Shown in pieces: positions 1-11,500 of a stretch of 64,000 bases of DNA (positions are counted from its first letter, which is position 1; the number at the start of each line of letters is the position of its first letter). The translations under genes were made by a program, and so were the position numbers. Source of the DNA: Ascidiella aspersa (Eukaryota); assembly GCA_963924565.1 (NCBI GenBank), contig OZ004609.1:25730001-25794000 (forward strand), given 5' to 3'. The notes beneath the pieces are model-generated. The model searched no databases. It had not been told where the DNA came from and saw only the letters and a list, made by a program, of their open reading frames with translations.

Positions 1-268
1 ATCGCACAATACGCCATATTGTCCACGTCACAAAACATATAACTTGAAAGGGCATGTTGTTGACCCTTGGCAATCGAATTGTAAAAATATAAGTACTCTA
101 CGTACGAAAAAGGTTCGTTAACTTAACCTGCAGAAAACAATAAACCCTCTTACAAATATATACAGCGAAAATATACTTTTTTACAAGTAGTATAGATTAT
201 AGAACTACAGTATTTGAATTTCTATCGTCGGTACAACTAAAGTAGTAAGACAACAAGAACCACTAATG

Positions 269-644
269 CAGTGGTTCTCAAACTGGGGTCCGCGGTCCTT
301 TTGGGGTCCGCGAGACAATTTTCGGGGACCGCACCTAACAAAAAAATCAACACGACTCTCCTAAAGAAGGTAATTTTTTGTGCAGTAAAATTTTCAGGCA
401 ACGAACATTTTGGTTGACTAATCGCGACATGGGACAAAGTGCTAAAAATCAAGACTTTTCCGGCTAAAACGGGTCGTAGCCTACAGCATGCCTAATTAAA
501 AATCTTTGTTTCTTAGTTATGTTAGTGCGGCCCGCAGATGAATTAAGTTATCTCACGCGGCCGATAGTTAGACTTGATTTGACACCCTAAAACAGATCGA
601 GTCCAATCTGACTCGGGGTATTTTTAACCGACTCCGCAGCCCTG
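269..644. mobile_element. MITE remnants (unpaired ends)
   Basis: Left end CAGTGGTTCTCAAACTGGGGTCCGCGG near 269, similar to the 6828 element; a different right end ACCGACTCCGCAGCCCTG near 644; no TSD. Confidence 0.5.
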
Positions 645-1280
645 GTTTGTGAGTACAATTTTGTTTGTCGAACACGTCACACACGAAAAAGTGGGTTGGC
701 TCATGCAAATGTTTTTTCTTTAACAACCCAGTCCCAATTGCGCTTCTAGTGACGCATACTAAATACTTGGCTAAAAATAATGAATTCATCAAGATTATCT
801 TACCATTGCCCAAGCATAATTTTTAACTTACAAAATAGGTAAAAGATTAGCTACAAAAACTTGGTCGCCTATGCATAATCTTTCTTTTAGGGGAAGTGAG
901 AACCAAGCCTTTTTTTATTTTTTGTTACACATCCCTCGGTTTATGTGATTGCCATTGTGGTGCGTGCTTCGCCACTATCTCCCACTCGATTTGTTTTCCC
1001 TCATGCAAGTTATTAACCAAATTAAAACCACTCGGGGCAATGATGAGCTTAAACCAAAGGTAGGTTTTAGCAAATTGCTAGTCCCACCAACCCTGAAGTT
1101 ACTGAGCCCTCGAAAAAACTTTTTATGACTTTAGTGGACAAAAGTTGTTTTAAAGACAAAAAAATGCCATAACCTTTTGTTATAATTTTTACTTTGACAA
1201 ATAATAAACCCAGCCGATAATACTCTGTCTTTAATAAACCCAGCAGATAATAAAACAAAACAGCACTCAGCGACACATAC

Positions 1281-3329
1281 CCGTAGGAGAATATTCTCGC
1301 CATTAGATCGATCATGAAAACGCACGACAGCGTCATGGCAACGCTGTCAAACATCAGTTGCGAACTAGGGCTCTTTTCTGGGATGCTGAGGTCAATTATC
1401 ACCATGATAATGTCGAGAAGGATCAATATGATGCCAGCCACCCTGACACCCAGGTTCTCGACAAAGCTGCGAACTTTGAACTGGACTCGCCTTGGTTGAA
1501 CAAGTAAAACAGTACTAAACGAAAACAGCTGCTTAACAAAATTGCCTTTGAAACGGTTATATTTGTGTGGTGACAAAATCAAATTAAAATTTAATAGATA
1601 ACATCGGGTGAAACAATTGCCAATAAAATGTATGAAAACCTCTCTTCATATCGATTTCAATCGACAAGGCGACAAATAAAATTCGAAATAATAAAGACAG
1701 ATGGTTATTCTTATTAATTTTTTTTTTTTTCTTTTTTTCAAAATCGATATTTTTAAGGTGCAGTTCTTGTTTGTTCTCCGCATAGCGGTTTACAGTCTGA
1801 TCACATTACGATTAATATTTCGTTTTATATAATTGGCAAGAACCTTAATTTAAAATGTTACGTTGGAAACTAAAATGATGGAATATAAATGTATTAAATT
1901 ATTTACCCAAGTTTTTTTATTGAAAAAATGTTTTTCTTAAAACCATATGTGATCAGCCAGTGTTGTAAACAATTCATTTTAAATTGATTTAAGTCTTAAT
2001 CTGGTCATTTGCAAACTAACTAAAGTCCAAAATCAAGTCATTTTTAGGAAAGAGCAAGTCAAGTCCAGGACATTACGATAGTTGCCGAACTCAAAACCAG
2101 GTCATAGAAACGGCTTTAAAACAAATGCAGAGCTAACTGATGAACGCGTTGCATTCTAAGCGTTATACGCATCGGAAACCGCATAAAAAACAAAACAAAT
2201 AGCAAGTTAACATTTGTTACATTCAATATAATAATTGGCTTTCATACTTAAATTTTACTAAAACCTATTCAAATAAAATCACTTTAATTTAAGTCAAGTC
2301 ATAACAGTGACTTAAGAGCACTCAAGTCAGGCCATTTATGTCAATACGACATGAGATCTGATTTTAACAAAGTCGCTTAGAACAACAATAAAGGTAAAAC
2401 ACTTGAAACCTTATAAGGTTGAATCGAAATGAATCGGCTTAAAAAGATTTTTTGTGCAAGCTCAACCTCCCCTCCTCCTCTTCCCTCCCTCCCCAAAAAA
2501 TAAAAATAAATTGATGTGATCTTGGCCCTGCCTAGCTTGCTAGCACCAAACAATTTCGTAGTCGAACTGTTTGCTAAGCCAACTAAAGACGTTTCCACTT
2601 AAAATGTAGGATTTTCGTTGAGCGTTAATTTGCTCAGAATCGGTGAACCAATGGACAGTGTACCACTTATAAACAGGGAAGGCTTAACGAAAGTCTGATA
2701 TTACTGTTATTACAGCATTGTAAAAAAAAGTCCCAGTCAAGTCAACTACAAAATAACTTGAATTAAGTCCAAGCCATTTTCATAGCTTGTCAAGTCGGTG
2801 CATCAAAATATATTCTAAAATTATTAAAGTCGGCCAACTTATCCGATCCCGAAAAATATAATAAGGAAACAATACAATATGGCGAGCAAAGCCGAAATTG
2901 GGTAAAACTAAGCAAATTTACCAAGAAATTTTAATAAAACATCAAGTTTTTTAAAAAACAGTGACTATACGTGCACAAAGTTGCCTGTCATTGCCATTAC
3001 AACACTGGCTCTTACTCGAGGTCGTTGGCCGGTTCGCGGTGCACCTTTCCACTGTCCACTTCATCTTGGGGGAACCACAGGTTGGATATTTCCGGTATCG
3101 ATATAGCGGTATCCAAAGGCAAGGCGTGGCTTGATTTGCCGTTGACAGCTGCGGGCCCCGTTGTTACGTCGTCTTGCCAGCTGACTCGCTTACCAAGTCT
3201 GCCTTCATTCTTGCGGGATGCCCTGGGTGGTGCTTGAGGGGGAGCGGTCTGTAGCGCTCCGTTGCCAGGCAACTGGGCGTCGTCGTCCTCCACCGATTTG
3301 GCTTCAACCTCCGGTATGTCCTCCATCAT
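1281..3329 (-). CDS. VSP: Voltage-sensing phosphoinositide phosphatase (VSP/TPTE), 5' part only: N-terminal tail plus S0-S2 of the voltage sensor; gene continues beyond position 1
   Basis: Exons 3329-3016 and 1490-1281, GT-AG, phase-2 junction gives ...NDLE|RVQFKVRSFVENLGVRVAGIILILLDIIMVIIDLSIPEKSPSSQLMFDSVAMTLSCVFMIDLMARIFSYG. This matches the recalled Ci-VSP S0-S2 (RVQFRVR...IFLDII..IIDLS.P.KS.SSQ..D..A..LSC.FM.DL..RIF.YG), including the S1/S2 acidic countercharges and the S2 Phe. Probable 5'UTR intron 3588-3349. Confidence 0.93.
1958..2835. repeat. Dispersed (C)AAGTC motif cluster, probably a decayed MITE
   Basis: Many AAGTC/CAAGTCAAGTC copies in VSP intron 1, starting after CAGTGTTGTAAAC near 1958. 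Confidence 0.4.
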
Positions 3330-5577
3330 TGCGGAACGGTAAGTGCGACTGGCAAAAAGAATGCGCACCGGAGTTGGCTGGGGAGTCGGGGCAGGAGTTA
3401 ATGATCGACAGGTTACGGGGTAAATGCCAGTCTCGACCTCGCACTGCAAACCGAACTCGTGCGCACGCCGGCTGACGTGTGATGCACACCTTATTGCAGC
3501 CTGTAATGCATCTGACGCGGGCATTTAAAGGGCATCGGTCGTTGGTATTGCGGTATAGTACAATCACAAGCCAGGTTTACAAAGTTACCCTTAAATGTCG
3601 CGCGCGCACAGGTAAAACTTTACTGGTGGTATTGGGATCGGAACGCTTTTCTTGTAGATGGGAACTTTTTCTCTTACTAATTAACTATTTTCCAATGATT
3701 GTGCACCTTGAGGCACACATTTACGAATCTTTGATGATTTTAATTTGGCAATTTTCACCCTTTGTTTTGTTTAAACTGGAACTTTTTAATAAATTTTCGT
3801 ATCGACTTATTTTACGAGTCTAAAAGAACAACAACCGCCCTATTATATTTTTCTCTTTTTATTTAATATAAGGTTATCGTCATTTGTCATAAAATATATC
3901 AATTCTATGATAAGAGCATTGCCATCCAATTTTCGTAGCAATTTGTTGTTTAAACACTTTGCTGAAATTCGTTTTGAGAGTGTTATATCTCGTGCAAACA
4001 TACCGAATACTGCCACAGAACAAATGGACTTTGACGCTTTAAATCTATTTGCAAACGTGGCTGCCACCAAACAAACCACATTCGGGACATATTTGACCAA
4101 ATCGGCCGCTTTTCTAACTGTTTGACAAAACAAGAAAACGAGAAAGGTAAAATGTTTATTGGACAAAACTCACAAAAGCTGCTAAGTATAGCTGCAAAGT
4201 CGACGCTAGACAAGCTAGCAAATATAATCTCAATATCAGAAACCGAAGGGCAAAATCGCACGAAGTTTAAAGGCGATGGCATAAAGGCTCCGGGTTGATA
4301 CCTAAATTGATTTTTTCACACACATACAGACCCTCTCTGCGCCTCTGCGCCGTAACGGCTTGACACCAAAAAATTAACATTGGGGCTTGCTAGCATGTAG
4401 CGCAAAATTTATGCACATTGTATGATAATAGGTTCATTGGACAAGCTAGTCCAAGTCGAAACACGTTTGTCCAAATAAAATATGTTTTTGAAGCCACCAG
4501 CATAAAGCCTTTCGTGCGTTAACAAGTCAAGGTTAAATCTTTATTGGCCTTCCAGGAGTTTAACAGTTTTAATAATAGTTTTATGACCTCGCTGTTAAAC
4601 AGATGGGACTTACATTTAACAATGGACAAGACGTCGTTAGTATGGTGTTGCAATACGACCAGCCTCAGCATGAAGTGCCCCGAATTGGTCTGAATGAAAA
4701 CTGCATAGCTGCAAATGCTGGTACTGGAGGCGGTAAGCGCAAAGCAACAAAAACACATTTCAAAACAAACAAAAGACTGTAAATCCACTCGGCGGAGGAA
4801 TTTCAATTGAAATACGCGTACCATGTGTAGAAACAGTGGGAATAAAAGCCACCCTGCACAATGAGCAGTATTGTGGTGTATCCAGAGCCTATGATAGTTG
4901 AAAGGAAAATCAAAGAAGTACACTGTACCATTTTAGCGGAACTCCGTCAATTAAGAGAAGTGGGTTCACCGTAAAAAATCCAACCGAGTTTCTCTCAGAG
5001 GCCCTGGCGTGTAAAACGTGGGTACAGAAAACGTCGCTTTAACTGTGGAGAAAGGGATAAATTGCAACTGGGGGGAAACAAAAAAGCGACGAAAAAGCAA
5101 TCGCACAGGCAGACAAAAGTAAAAAATAAACGAAATACATTTACGTTTTCAGGTCGCGAAAACAAACAAATACATTCTTTCGGGTGAACAGTAAAAAGAA
5201 AGTCAGTACAGAAGAAGATACCGATCAGAAGTTTCCTTACGCCGTTATATGGTCGCTAAACGCTAGCAAACGCAGGCTAACAACGTTTCGGTATATTTCC
5301 TTTTCAGGCCAAACGGCAACTAGATGTCAGAAATAAAATGCGTACGTAGAAAAAAAATAATACGTCAGTGGGGTGGTTATACGCTCGGTATATCAAAAGA
5401 GTGTATAAATTGCCAATCTTAAAAAAGACTACGAGCATTAAAGGTCATAAAGTGCGCGGCGCGTGTGCTTCAGAAATCGTCAAAATAAGGGTATAAAAAT
5501 TACATATAGCTGCTTCCTTGTAGAATGTAGCCCTTGGATACCAAAACACCGAACGAAGCACACAAGGGCAAGTTAAT

Positions 5578-8500
5578 TCACACTTTGAGACAGGCCTGTT
5601 GCCCGCTAGACGTCGGTTGGTCGGCTTCGGAACTTGAGGAATGCGGATGTTCAACTTCCGGGAGCTGTTCTTGGTCGCCTCCAGTGGTAGAAGCTGTCCT
5701 GTCCTGCAGCCATAAGTGTTGCATTAGGAACTGGATTTATTGTTTTGCGTATTGGGTGCGAACGGAATTCAGAGCGATTTTACGACTAAGGCGAGTTAAG
5801 TGTTAAAATTAAAGTTGTTGGGACTTCGTTTTGAGTGTCAAGAACTTTTATGGTTGTACTTACTCCTATTTTAGATACTTTTTAAAATATATTTCAAATA
5901 AGACTTCTATTTAGTCATCTGTCAGGGACATATAATTTTTATTGCTTCTATTTTTTTGTTTGTTTTCAAGCGTTATATATATACAGCATTAGTATGGTAA
6001 GTAAGCATACTAAAAGTTTCTTAGACGGCCCAACTATTAATTTTTGCTTATATTACCACCTACAACTAAACATGTAAAACTGTAGAGGTTGCAAAAGGGA
6101 CTCCGTATTTTATGTTTCTCATGCTGATATTGAGGCTGCGTTGAAAAAAATCGTGACTGTTAAAGACACACGATTACCTTAATGATTACCTGCTTTACAA
6201 GAAATGTATGTACAAAAACACTTAAAAATACAAAAGCAAACATAAATTGTAAAGGTTTAATATATTTTATTGGTTTCAGAAATGGTAATATTCTCACGAC
6301 TAGAAGTGAGTGCGTTTATTCTCCCTATGTCTCCTAGTATGTTTTTCAGGTAGTGGGGACATAACTAATGCAGTTTGCAGTTGAACAGATGGAATCGACA
6401 TACGCGCGAACAGGCGGTGAATAGAACTATCGACCGACCGGCGGCTGCTCGCAATTAAGTGATAGTCCCACACATGACGGACAAACCACCACACACAATT
6501 CACACGATAATTAATTATATCGTAAAAAACAAAGTTTGTCACTTTCAATAAAATAGTAATTTTTGTTTATCGGCTAGTTTTTGGGACAGACAAGACCTTT
6601 TTTATTTAGTGTTAAAAAACAATTTTCAAACATTGGTGACGTTATAACATATGATGGTTTGACCCATTAACGCTCGGGTTATTCACTATTCATTGTTACA
6701 CATCCGGTTTTAAAATGACCTGGTTAAAACCTTAAGTCACACACGTTACCGATAGACGCTCAAAGAAATATCCGATCGACGCTCAAAGAGAAAGGTGGAT
6801 GAAAGTACAGCTCGGGTCAATTTAGACCAGGGGTTCTTAAACTGGGGTCCATGAAAACCCAATAAAAATATTAGTGTATATTTAAGAAGTAATAAATTTA
6901 TCAAAGAAAACAGTTTATTGAATGCATTAAGACCCCATTTTACTTTAACATTTTTGGACCGAAATCAGCAGATTTCTGAAGTCTATTTGTATTGTGACGT
7001 AAAATTATGACGTCATTCTTGAGTTTTTTGCCTACCGTAGTCCATGCGAGGCAAACAATTTTTTAGAGGTCTGCGGTAAAAAAAGTTTAAGAACCCCTGA
7101 TTTAGACCCAAATAAAAACGTTTAAGCGTTAAGCTCCCTTAAATCGGCGCACAATTCGCTGGCGTAAAAACTGCTTTCAATAATTAATCGACACCCTAAA
7201 CCTCCAAACTCCACTACGGCGAAATAGGCCGCCGCCGGCGTTTCGTTTTAATCGCACACCCGTCGATTGTCCCACTTAAGAGCTGCTGATTAGGATTGTT
7301 AATAACTGGGTCGAAGTGGGAAGCAGCGTGGTTTGGCTTGACCGAAAACAGCGCTCGTCAAAGGCCGCTTGCTTCTATCACCCAAACCTGAGCACTTTGT
7401 GTTTTTTTTTTTGGCAGCGGCGCCACAGGGTAATTTGCAATTAGCTCCTAATATGACGAGTTACTTCAATTTGTCAGCAAATTTTAGCGCAGAGCGTTTA
7501 CGCCCAATGAGAGCTGACACAAATTCCGAAAATCGCAAAAATAATGGCTTTGCCGGGATACGCACACCGAGACATATAGTTGGTTTCGACACATAGCACG
7601 GGGTATAACTTTTACAGCAGGGGTTCCCAACCTGCGGACCATGGCCCCCTAGAAGCCTTTTTCAAGGGGGCCATAAAATAAATTAAAAAATAATATTTTT
7701 TTTTATCTGTAAGTCTACTTCATTCCATCTACCGGTTACTGTATAAATCATTTTTTAATTAAAATGACGTTTCCTAATTAAAAAAAAAATAGGGCTATTG
7801 ATTTCTCAAAATTGTCAAAGGGGGGCCACCGTATAAAAAAGGTTGGGAACCCCTGCTTTACAGAGTCCAAATAAATTTTAAACTAGGTTTAACGCTTAGT
7901 TTTTGTTTGGGTCATTATTAAGGGCATGTGACTCTGATAACAACCGCGGAAAATGTCACTTAAAATTTGCATTAAAATTTTATTCAACATATCCGGACGA
8001 GCCGACATCTACCCTATACAGAAACGAATCAGATTTAATTTTCGTTTGCTGTGAACAGAAGCCTAAGAGAAATGCGGCAATTAACTGTTTCGCTTTGTCT
8101 TTTTGACAATAAATCGATTTCAAGGGGCGATACTGCCGTTCCAAATTTAAATACACAACTCAAAATAGATAGATGCTTTGTGGATACCAACTCGTGCAGA
8201 AATATTAGTTTAAGCCGGTTGCGGCCATTGAACTAAAAAGTCGATATTCTATATGTGATGTAAAAACAATAAGAACTATACTTTCGATAAAATCAATGCG
8301 CATCGAAAACGTTCGACTCAAAAACTACGTCAATAAGCCGATATATGAATATCGGATGGTCGGGAATAATCTAACCTGTTTAAAAGAACCCGACAGAACT
8401 CTACATAGAAGCAGCTTTTTTACAAATAACCAAATGTGATATTGTAATATTAATTGTAGCAACCACTATGATGTTATTCGATTTAAAGGGTAATGGTACA

Positions 8501-11500
8501 GTACATACAGTCTTAGCTTTTTAAATATCATACAAACATTTTACGAGACACGCGATCATAAAACGACATTCGTCAAGCATTTTTGGTGCGCGAAGCTACT
8601 TTTCACTTAGCGTTTCGCAGCAAACTACACTAATTACCGAACCAGTTGCTTAACATAATCGATTAACAACTCCCGCACATGTTACGCTCAATTTAAACAG
8701 GGCTGCTGCATTAAGCATCCCCCGATTATGTACCAAGGGAATCGGCTACGAAGGTAGGCCAATTAGGTGGGGGCTTGGACTTACGTTTCTATCGTGGTAA
8801 AAGCAATGCTAAACGTTTAGCTTAGAATGGATTACTTAGGCGAATTTCATTAAACTAATGAGAAAGATGCAGTTGTAAATTAAGTAGTGTACCTACCGAT
8901 AGCTCTATTTCCAGCTGGTTGGTGTACGAAGCATCGGATTCATTCGTTTGGCTGTTTTGTCCAGTGGCGTCATCCTGTTGCAATATAACAACTCGTGTCA
9001 ATACAACAGTCACGTTATACGTCAGGCGACTAAAGTCTATATGTAAAGTCACTTTGTACAGGTTATTGGACGCCGGATTGGGACGCAGGGCAGCATTAAG
9101 TCCGTTACACACAATACATGTAGACACCGAGTCCTATTCTGCTCCGTTGAACCGTGAACTTGGCCTAATCGCACGAACATTTCGAAGCGAATTGGTCGAC
9201 TACGCGGTTGGGCCAATAAGTACATAGCTCACAGAAGAGGGTACAGAAACAACACAACGGTGTGTCCCGTGTATCTGACTGCAGTTTGTCCTGGCGTGAT
9301 AAGGCACCTTTTGTGGTGGATAGCACATTTAATATCCGAACCATGATAAGAGGCCGATGGCATCGTATTGCGCTCCGCACAGTGAACAGGTTTCCGAGGG
9401 GATCTGCTTCGCTCATGAAGCCCGCATATAATTTCAGCGATCAATGAACGGCGTCTGTTGGCGGTAATCCGCAGATTTGAATGGAGGGTGATCCCGGGAC
9501 GATCGAGCCGTTTCGTGCAGCGAAAGCTCGGTTCGGCGCTATATCGGGCGACAGCCATCATTGCGTGACGCGTGTAAAACGGGCAAAGACTGGAAAAATT
9601 GCGTGGAGTCAGATCACGAGTGGAACGCGACCCAGACAATTTCCGGGTGGCAATTAAATCGAGAGTAGAGCGTCAAAGCCGGCCTTCTTTAACAAGGGCG
9701 AAAACGGAAATGCACCGGTGATTTTTCGGTGGGCGTGGCGTGCGAGTTTAAATGGGCGTGGCTCGTAGTTGTCACAGGCGCGAGCGAAAAATATATGAAC
9801 GCTATTTCGTAAAAGGGGAAATAATTGAGTGAGATTGTACCGGTCACATCAATACAAAATTACTCAGCTGCGGTGGCAAAAATGATTCTAATAACAAGGC
9901 AATTGCAAAATTACTTTTCGGATCATGGAAGTTCAAAAGTTGGTCAAGTTGGTTTAAATAGCGGGCTGGCAACATTTATGAAAGTGCAATTCTGTTGGTG
10001 CACACTTCGGTTTTGGGGAGACAATGTTGCGTTGCTTTTTCAATATTACCGAAACCCTTTTACTTTACTTGCGATATTTCCATTCTAATTATACATGTGA
10101 AACCACAATCAAGATTTGTTACTGGAAACAAATCGTTGTCGGTATAAAGATAATAAATTGAAAACATTTGATATAATTCGACCAATAAGTGAACATTACT
10201 TTTTATTCAAAAAGGGTAAGCGTCTTATTCAAATGCAAAAAAAGTTCAATGAAAACCTTTTGCCGAGTGCATATTTTCGTACATATGTATGTTAGCTTAG
10301 TCCTGTTTAATCAGGCATGCGCACTGAAATATAAGACGTACAGAAAAGTTGGTAAAAGGCGCATTTATTTACTTGTAAGTCCATAAATGTCGCCACCTCA
10401 AATGGGCTAAACAAGTACGTTCCCACTTCATCCAAGCTCACCTAATGGCCGCCCGCCGCCTCCTAGCATAAATAAACCGTAGGAGGAAACTGCATTTTGA
10501 CTCGCTTCAAATATAACGTCATCCGTGGGGACCGTTTATCATCAGTTTTAAACTCTTCATCGATCTCGAAACGCCGAAACAAACAAGGATGGCGCGAAAG
10601 ACAATGCACGACGCTCTTTGACAAAACGTAAACAATGAAAATTTTGTTTACGCAGCGCGGTTTGGGTTTCGGGGGGGATGTGACGCAACTATCCATCTTA
10701 AGCGCGCGAAATTGGGAGCTGGGTAGTTTGTTTGTTTGCTTGTTTTCGATCGGTGTGCAGTTTTGTGGCGCTTTCGGCGGCCGGGATTGCGCAATATCCC
10801 GATAAATGACGGCTGGCCGGCCGCACCTTTCCGCTCGTATCGGGGACAGGCGCCGAAATACATCCATATATCCGATTTACGGCAAGCCCGTTTGCTGGTC
10901 TAACTGTTTTGACGTTGCGTTTCGAATTGACGCCGCTGTCGGTGGGTAAAAGAACGGAACAACACCAGGCGTCCAAGCGTGTAAGTTTATAATGCAACTC
11001 AAATGGGAAGGTCTTTCGATTGCAAACATTAATGAGCCCCAGCATAGTCATGGACTCATGTTCGGCGATTGGTTCGCCACAAAAGTTAGATAACAACAAA
11101 AACAATCATGTTAATTAAATCTAATTGTAGGCAAGCGCGCCCCAAACAAAATTGTTACTATCAAACAGGCTAACAAGTGGGGAAAAGGCAAATAACGAGG
11201 TTCGCACAAAAGCTTGCACGTGAAAATACTTTTTTTATCAGAGGCGCGACAATGACAATCGCAGATGGTTTAAACAGCTAATCGATCGCCACCTGCATCC
11301 TGTGTTTACCCACAACAGCCCCGCGACACAAACAACCAGGGACAGGAAAGTACCGCGGTGACGAGGCAGGGAACGTTACGTTAACTTGCCCTGGGTAATT
11401 TCGAAAACTAGGCCGTGCAAAAACGTTTCCGTCACGGGCGTACGAGCAGCGCCTGTTACATAAGCATCGCAAACACGATTGGTAAATATTGGTCGTTTAA

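Noticed and set aside
1636-1670. Possible small extra VSP exon
   Set aside because: Exons 3329-3016 and 1490-1281 already join in frame and colinear with recalled Ci-VSP; no good acceptor.
3843-4923. ORFs of 72-134 aa between RNF and VSP
   Set aside because: No recognisable homology or exon chain; probably RNF 3'UTR or VSP upstream DNA.
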